A stretch of DNA of 64,000 nt from Deltaproteobacteria bacterium (lineage in GTDB: Bacteria; Myxococcota; B64-G9). Position numbers and translations under genes: made by a program. Location: positions 11,901 to 75,900 of the forward strand of contig JAFGRB010000067.1 in NCBI GenBank assembly GCA_016935365.1. The letters run 5' to 3'. Below the pieces are notes generated by a model, which saw nothing but the letters and a program-made list of their open reading frames with translations, was not told the origin of the DNA and searched no databases. The first letter of the stretch is position 1, and each line of letters opens with the position of its first letter. Positions 58,537 through 64,000 of the stretch are shown one piece after another.

Positions 58537-60348
58537 CTAGCGGCAGCAGGAAGACGAATGGGCGCCACCCTGGTAGGTCACGGGGTGGTTTTCGTGATCG
58601 TGCCAGTCGATCTGCGCCACCTGCCAGGTATCGCACTCGGCGGTCATCTGATCCTGGTACTCGACCGTGGGCTCGAGATCGCCCTTGAAGTAGATCCGCA
58701 CGGTCGCCTCGGTGGTGCCCCGGAAGGGCTCGTAGTAGTTGACCGCCACGCGGTAGATGCCCGGCTCGGGCTCGTTGATGTTGACGGTCTCGACCCGGCA
58801 GCCGTGGGTGCAGTCGATGGCCAGCAGCGGATCGTCCGACTCGTCGCCCGGCACGCCCCAGTCCGGGTGGCGGGCGTTCCAGAAGCAGTCGGTGCCCGAG
58901 CAGGTCTGCCAGTAGCATACCGGTCCGCCGCCGTTGTCGTAGCAGTCCTGGGCCAGCTCGCAGCCGCTCGGATCGCAGTTGGGCGTCCGGCAGGTCGAGT
59001 CCACGCAGGCGGTGCGCGTCCAGTCGGGGTCATCCGGCTCGATCGGGTTGTGCCGGCAGTCCTGGGTCGGCGAGCAGAACACGCCCGCCGGCGCGATCAA
59101 GTGCAGGTCCAGGTCCGGGCCCAGGATGTCCCAGGTGAGCTCGATGCGGATGTCCTCCCGAGGGAAAGCCTCGAAGTGGACGCACTGACACTCCAGCTCC
59201 GCGGCGGTCTTTGCGTACTCGCAGTCACAGTCTTTTTTCCTATCGCTTTCCATGCCGTGGACGTCCCTGGCGGTCAGGCACACGGTGTACCCGCCGGAAA
59301 GATCCGGCTTGAAGGTCGGATGGAAGGCATCGCTGTCCAGGATGCTGCGGCTGCTGCCGTCCGGCCGCTGCTCCAACTGCCAATCGAGGAAGGACGGCTG
59401 GATCCCCTCGTCCTCGGGATCGCTCACCACCGCGGCGAAGCGGATGGTGTCCGAGGGCGCCATGGCGCATAACTCCTCCAGGGGCGTGCCGTCGAGCAGG
59501 GTGACCGACTCCACCCGCACGCCCACGAGGGGGGGCAGATTGCCGAAGGCCATGCCCCACAGCGGCACCTCAAGCGGGCTCTCGTCTGGGTCGTTCGAGT
59601 AGATGAGCAGCACGGCCTCGTCGGGGTCCTGCTCCAGGGTGATAGGATTCACATGGGGCTCGCGCGGTGAGTAGACCACCTCGATGCTGGCCTGCTCGCC
59701 CGCGTTCAGCCTCATGTCCTGGGCGTGGAAGAGAAAGGGCGGGCTCTCCTCTTCCGACTGCAGCTCCATGTCCTCGGCCACAACATCGAGTCGTGCCCCT
59801 CCCCGGTTGTGGACGGTCAGCATGTGCGAAGCGGACGACTCGAAGGGCACGCCGTCGAACTCGAGCGACGCCGGCTCCACATCGATGTCGGGCAGAGATC
59901 CCTGCCCCAGGATCGGCACCCGGAGCTCGGGCTCGTTCTCGGCGTCCGAGATCACGACCAGCTCGGCCCCGTACTCCTGCACCTGCTCGGGCGCGAAGGC
60001 GAGCTGGACGAGCGCCTCGACGCTGGCGCCTGAAGTCGAGTGGGCGATGCCCAGCGGAAAGGAGATCTCGTCCAGCGGCACGCCTTCCACGGAGTCGACC
60101 CAGTAGGCCTCGTCGCCCTCGACGGCCAGGCTCTGGATCAGCAAGGGGGCGGTGCCCGTGTTGCGCAGCGCGACCTGCTCGAGGTGGGTGGTCCCGACCG
60201 CCACGCCCTCGAAGACGATCGGGTTGGGCTCCACCTCGATCTGCGGCTTGCCGCTCTGCAGGTTGGAGTCGCCGCACTCGCAGGCGATCCCCAGCGGGAC
60301 GAGCACGAGCACGCAGGCGAAAGCTACCCGAAGCTTGTTCGCCGCCAT
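58537..60348 (-). CDS. Secreted lipoprotein-like multi-Ig-domain protein with a Cys-rich C-terminal beta-sandwich
   Basis: ATG (rc) at 60346-60348 follows GGAGG. Signal/lipobox 'VLVPLGIAC'. Repeated Ig-like modules ('IEVEPNPIVFEGVAVG...VALRNTGTAPLLI', 'IDVEPASLEFDGVPF...LTVHNRGGARLDV'). C-terminus: 'IRIELTWDILGPDLDLHLI' plus many Cys. Confidence 0.8.
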   Translation of the reverse strand: MAANKLRVAFACVLVLVPLGIACECGDSNLQSGKPQIEVEPNPIVFEGVAVGTTHLEQVALRNTGTAPLLIQSLAVEGDEAYWVDSVEGVPLDEISFPLGIAHSTSGASVEALVQLAFAPEQVQEYGAELVVISDAENEPELRVPILGQGSLPDIDVEPASLEFDGVPFESSASHMLTVHNRGGARLDVVAEDMELQSEEESPPFLFHAQDMRLNAGEQASIEVVYSPREPHVNPITLEQDPDEAVLLIYSNDPDESPLEVPLWGMAFGNLPPLVGVRVESVTLLDGTPLEELCAMAPSDTIRFAAVVSDPEDEGIQPSFLDWQLEQRPDGSSRSILDSDAFHPTFKPDLSGGYTVCLTARDVHGMESDRKKDCDCEYAKTAAELECQCVHFEAFPREDIRIELTWDILGPDLDLHLIAPAGVFCSPTQDCRHNPIEPDDPDWTRTACVDSTCRTPNCDPSGCELAQDCYDNGGGPVCYWQTCSGTDCFWNARHPDWGVPGDESDDPLLAIDCTHGCRVETVNINEPEPGIYRVAVNYYEPFRGTTEATVRIYFKGDLEPTVEYQDQMTAECDTWQVAQIDWHDHENHPVTYQGGAHSSSCCR

Positions 60349-60422
60349 GGGCCCGACCTCCAGCTCAATTATCGCCGATCGCATTGCGCCAGTCGACAAA
60401 AAGCTCCGGCGCGCTCTCTGAG

Positions 60423-63400
60423 CTATACACCGGTCCGGACCCGTCTCCCGATGACGGGCAGGGTGTGCTTCTCGTGGAAACGGGCGATCCGCTCCAGCTC
60501 CTGCAGGATGGCGTCCTTCTTCTCCCCCGAGAGCTGGTAGCTCATGTCCACGATGTCCGCTCCCGATATCCCCTGCCCCCCCATGAACTGCCCCCCCATG
60601 ACCAGCATGTAGTCGGGCAGGCTGTCGATCCGGTTGATCGCGGCCCACATCCGGCACCAGGCTCGGGTGGTCGAATGCACGTCGTATCCGCCTGCACCCA
60701 GCATGAGGAAATGCGGGCAGCGGTCCCTGAGCATCTCGATGGCGCGCACCATCCCGTTGTTGGTCAAAGCCAGCCTGGAAAGCGGATCGGACCTGTGCGT
60801 GTCGGCACCCACCACGACCACCACCACCGACGGGACGAAGAGCCGCAAGGCCGGCGGAACGATCCGCTCGAAGACCATCCCGAAAGCCTCGTCGTCGGTC
60901 TCCTCGGGCAGAGGGACGTTGATCGTATAGCCCTTTCCGATGTCCTCGCCGATCTCGGTCTCGAAGCCGGACCAGGGATAGAGCGTCTTTCCGCTCTGGT
61001 GGAGCGAGATGAACAGCACGCGATCATCCCGGTAGTATGCATCCTGGACGCCGTTTCCGTGGTGGGCATCGATGTCGACATAGGCCACCCGGAACCCGCG
61101 GGCCAGGAACGAGTCGATCGCCACGATCGCGTCGTTCACGTAGCAGAAGCCCTCGGCGTGAGACCGGCTGGCATGGTGGAAGCCGCCCAGGGGGTTGAAG
61201 ACGACATTCGCATTCTCGTCGGCGATGAGATCCACCCCGGTCGCAGTCGCAGAGGTGTACAGCAGGATGTAGTCGAACAGGCCGGGGAAGATGGGACACT
61301 CGTCACCGCCGAGGTGAAATCGCAAGAAGCTCTCATCCCACTCGCCCGAGTTGGCCCTCTCGAGCGCCTCGATGTACATGGGGTTGTGGGACTCGATGAG
61401 CCGCTCCCGGGTGATCATCCTCGGCTCCTCGATCCGCATCCACGGCTCGTTGAGAAAGCCCTGTCTGTTGATCAGGTTCAAGGCCACCCGGGCCCGATCC
61501 GGCTGGAACGGGTGGCCCTGCCCGTACGAGTAGTCCCCGAATCTGCCGGAGTAGACGATGATGCTGTCCTTGGGCCGCTTGACGTCCTCTTCCGGGAACT
61601 GGACCGTGAGGGTGCAGTAGCCGGAATCGTACTGCTTGGTGGCCGTCGGCCAGGCCTTGGAGATCAGGCCGATCGTGGCGGCGTTTTGCTGGATCACCTC
61701 CGCATACAGGCCGGAGAGCCCCCGGGCATAGGCGATCTTGTTGAGGTAGTTCGCCAGGAAGGTGGCGATCCCCTTGCCCTGGTAGTCCTCGGCGACCACC
61801 ACGTCGAACTCGCCCATGTTGTTCGCGGGATTGAGGAGATAACGACCCTCGGCGATGATGCGCGGGTTGAGCCGCGGACCCACCAGGCCCACGATGGCCA
61901 TGTCGCGGCTGTAGTCGATCGCGGCGATCTTCTGGGCCTCCTGGTCGGGCAGCGTCGCGACCGCCCCGTGGTACCTCGAACGCTTCGCTTCCGGAGAGAG
62001 CCGGTAGAACATCCGCCGCAGTCGCCGGGCATCGCCGGGCTGCATGGGACGAAAGAAGACCTCGCTGCCGTCGCGGAAGGTGTGCGAGAACTCGTACTGG
62101 TGAGGATAGACGCAGCCCTTCTCGGGCGGGATCACCTGCTCCTCTCTGACGTACTTGAGCTCGATGGCTTGTTCCAGCAACTGCCGGCGGAACCTCGGAT
62201 GGGCGATGGAGATGAGCGCGATGGCCCTCTCGCGAATGGAGAGGCCGAAGAGGTTGACGACCCCGTACTCGGTCACCACGTAGTCGACCTCGTTGCGGCA
62301 GAAGGACACCCCCCCACCGGCGCTCTTGGCCACGATCCGCGATTGCTTTCCGTCCGGGGTCGTGGATGCCAAGGCCATGATCACGAACCCGCCCCTCGAC
62401 CGCCGCGCACCGCAAATGAAGTCCCGGCTGCCCGGGAGATTCTGTACGTGGGTCGTGTGCTCCTTGTCGATCCTCGGCATCCCGGTCAGCTCGATCTCGG
62501 GGATCGAATGCACGGAGATCGTGTTGTCGTTCTTGCTGAGCACGAAGGGATCGTTCACGTAGTCGATGGGCAGCAAGACGATCGACTCGTTGCGGTGCAC
62601 GGCCTTGTACAGGTCCTTGGAGCCGAGGGCCATCGAGGCCACGGTCTTTCCTCTGAGGATCGTCTTCTTCGCATTCGTGACAGCGCCGGAGCGGATCAGG
62701 CGCAGCATCTCATCGGTCAGGATGTCCGTGTGGATGCCGAGGTCCTTCTTCGTGTCCAGATAGCGCATGGTGGCAGCGCTGATCGGCGTCCGGTCGAAGT
62801 GCAGGGTCGCACCATCGGTGATGTAGCTGGAGATGTATCGGCCGATGGTGAGAGAGACGGGATCGAGCTCGACCGGCGGCACCTCCACCAACGGTGCATG
62901 CCCCTCGACGAGCAGATCGATGCAGTCGACATGGATGGTGGAGTTGCCGCTGGTCACGGGCATGTGATCGTTCACCTGGGCGATGACCAGCTTGGCGTGC
63001 TCCACCGCCGCCTTGGTCGCGTCGACCGCGATGCCCAGGCTGCACATGCCGCTCGAGTCCGGAGGGGACACGTGGATCAAGGCGATGTCGATCGGGATGA
63101 TGCCCTCGGCCATGGCCTTGGGCAGTTGCCGGATCTCCATGGGCGTGTAGTCGGCCGTGCCGTTCGCGACCGCATTCGAGAGGCCGCGGCCCACGTAGAA
63201 GGTGTTGTAGCGGAAGTGCTTGATGAGCTCCGGGCTGGCCAGCTTGGTCTCCGGCTGCGATGCCGTCAGGTGGATGACCTCGATGTCCCAGAACTGGTCG
63301 GCCATCCTGGCCAGGGTCTCCATCAAGAGGACCGGCTCTCCGGCGCCCGAACCCACGTAGACGGTCTGCCCATTCTTGACGCAGGAGACCGCCTTCTCGG

Positions 63401-63473
63401 CGTCGACCAGCTTGTCGGCGTAGATCTCCTGCCAGGATCTCGATGTCACGTACGCTCCTCGCTCTCGCGCCAT
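60423..63473 (-). CDS. Triple-fusion protein: acetyl-CoA hydrolase/CoA-transferase, GNAT acetyltransferase and HDAC/AcuC-type deacetylase
   Basis: ATG (rc) at 63471-63473. N-terminal 'VKNGQTVYVGSGAGEP...' through 'EVDYVVTEYGVVNLFGLSIRERA' is a CoA-transferase family I / acetyl-CoA hydrolase layout. The central GNAT has 'VVVAEDYQGKGIATFL'. The C-terminal deacetylase has 'NPLGGFHHA', 'YVDIDAHHGNGVQ', 'VVGADTHRSDPL' and 'LGAGGYD'. Confidence 0.88.
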   Translation of the reverse strand: MARERGAYVTSRSWQEIYADKLVDAEKAVSCVKNGQTVYVGSGAGEPVLLMETLARMADQFWDIEVIHLTASQPETKLASPELIKHFRYNTFYVGRGLSNAVANGTADYTPMEIRQLPKAMAEGIIPIDIALIHVSPPDSSGMCSLGIAVDATKAAVEHAKLVIAQVNDHMPVTSGNSTIHVDCIDLLVEGHAPLVEVPPVELDPVSLTIGRYISSYITDGATLHFDRTPISAATMRYLDTKKDLGIHTDILTDEMLRLIRSGAVTNAKKTILRGKTVASMALGSKDLYKAVHRNESIVLLPIDYVNDPFVLSKNDNTISVHSIPEIELTGMPRIDKEHTTHVQNLPGSRDFICGARRSRGGFVIMALASTTPDGKQSRIVAKSAGGGVSFCRNEVDYVVTEYGVVNLFGLSIRERAIALISIAHPRFRRQLLEQAIELKYVREEQVIPPEKGCVYPHQYEFSHTFRDGSEVFFRPMQPGDARRLRRMFYRLSPEAKRSRYHGAVATLPDQEAQKIAAIDYSRDMAIVGLVGPRLNPRIIAEGRYLLNPANNMGEFDVVVAEDYQGKGIATFLANYLNKIAYARGLSGLYAEVIQQNAATIGLISKAWPTATKQYDSGYCTLTVQFPEEDVKRPKDSIIVYSGRFGDYSYGQGHPFQPDRARVALNLINRQGFLNEPWMRIEEPRMITRERLIESHNPMYIEALERANSGEWDESFLRFHLGGDECPIFPGLFDYILLYTSATATGVDLIADENANVVFNPLGGFHHASRSHAEGFCYVNDAIVAIDSFLARGFRVAYVDIDAHHGNGVQDAYYRDDRVLFISLHQSGKTLYPWSGFETEIGEDIGKGYTINVPLPEETDDEAFGMVFERIVPPALRLFVPSVVVVVVGADTHRSDPLSRLALTNNGMVRAIEMLRDRCPHFLMLGAGGYDVHSTTRAWCRMWAAINRIDSLPDYMLVMGGQFMGGQGISGADIVDMSYQLSGEKKDAILQELERIARFHEKHTLPVIGRRVRTGV

Positions 63474-63629
63474 TCTCTCGTGTCCGGGAGATGGTAGCTC
63501 ACACGCCCCGGGGCGCACAATGGCCTGTTTTTGACATCCAGGAGCCACTGTAGTACGATGTTCGACAATGCGGCACAATTCCTGCCGTTGGAGCAGGATT
63601 GCCTACCTGAGCGGAAGAGGAGCACCACC

Positions 63630-63827
63630 ATGGCGGAGAAGAAATCGGCCCAGACGGACAAGCGCAAACAGAGCCTCTACTTCCCCGAGGACATGCTGGC
63701 GGAGATCAAGAGAGAAGCGCTGCGCCAGGACCGCTCCCTCTCGTGGATCGTGCAGCAGGCCTGGCGCATCGCCAGGGATGACATCAAGAAGTTCCCCTCG
63801 ATCAACACGGGGCTCGACGACGACTAG
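63630..63827 (+). CDS. Small ribbon-helix-helix (CopG-like) protein of the Myxococcales-restricted type
   Basis: ATG 63630 follows GAAGAGGAG. 'KRKQSLYFPEDMLAEIKREALRQDRSLSWIVQQAWRIARDDIKKFPS' is an RHH pattern that I remember as a small Myxococcales family. The upstream part of track ORF 63531.. is unlikely to be coding. Confidence 0.75.
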   Translation: MAEKKSAQTDKRKQSLYFPEDMLAEIKREALRQDRSLSWIVQQAWRIARDDIKKFPSINTGLDDD

Positions 63828-63842
63828 CCTGGGTCCCCAAGC

Positions 63843-64000
63843 TCACTTGACCGCGTTGCACTCATCCGAAATGGCGGCGCAGCTCTCCAGGTAGTCCAGC
63901 CGTCCCTCGACTCGCGGGTAGTTATCCGGATCGTCCACCAACGCAGCGTAGCCTGCAATCCAGGGCCGGATGACGTCGATGACCGGCAGGTAGGTCTCCA
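63843..64000 (-). CDS. 3' end of a hypothetical gene that starts beyond the window
   Basis: My own translation of the minus strand: ...ETYLPVIDVIRPWIAGYAALVDDPDNYPRVEGRLDYLESCAAISDECNAVK*. Third-position G+C is high. Stop (rc TGA) at 63843-63845. Not in the ORF track because there is no start in the window. Confidence 0.5.
   Translation of the reverse strand, partial: ETYLPVIDVIRPWIAGYAALVDDPDNYPRVEGRLDYLESCAAISDECNAVK

Noticed and set aside
59667-63497. A very long + strand ORF (1276 aa) lies opposite the multi-Ig and triple-fusion genes. Similar giants occur at 36372..39284(-), 46340..48874(-), 937..2751(-), 22614..24317(-), 57694..59472(+) and 55503..57578(+).
   Set aside because: Their translations are Arg/Pro/Gly/Ala-rich low-complexity strings with no motifs. 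They lie antisense or out of frame to genes with clear domain signatures. They are typical stop-codon-poor shadow ORFs of high-G+C DNA.

Overview
This is a high-G+C bacterial chromosome segment (about two-thirds G+C by eye, not computed). I can support about 60 protein-coding genes and saw no rRNA, tRNA or CRISPR array. All domain calls come from motif recognition by eye; no searches were run, and many start codons are best guesses.

Several markers point to Myxococcota:
- a MYXO-CTERM-like sorting tail
- PEGA-domain Ser/Thr kinases
- an AgmX/PglI-type C-terminal domain
- an MXAN_5187-type C-terminal domain
- a small ribbon-helix-helix (RHH) protein of a type I remember as restricted to Myxococcales

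The backbone carries signalling genes (two Ser/Thr kinases, a histidine kinase, a class III nucleotide cyclase, two stand-alone cNMP-binding proteins). It also carries many secreted or envelope proteins and the housekeeping genes smc-ftsY and purB.

The clearest accessory feature is an 11,270-bp integrated element at 19541-30810:
- It is bounded by perfect 21-bp direct repeats, and a tyrosine integrase ends 4 nt before the right repeat.
- All of its genes are on the + strand and tightly coupled.
- It encodes an XRE repressor, an Xis-like HTH protein, a winged-helix initiator with internal iterons, a primase::DnaB-like helicase fusion and a TerS-like protein.
- I recognise no virion genes, so it looks like a PICI-like phage satellite. 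I am not aware of one described for this phylum.
- Its cargo of unknown function is a lower-G+C 398-aa orphan at the left end and a five-gene cassette next to the integrase.

Other unusual items on the backbone:
- a tandem pair of TLC/Npt-like transporter::HEAT-repeat fusions
- a metalloprotease::PD40 propeller::Omp85-barrel fusion
- a CoA-transferase::GNAT::HDAC triple fusion
- an M49/DPP3-like lipoprotein that appears to lack its zinc-binding histidines
- an SCP2/Fe-ADH/SCP2 operon
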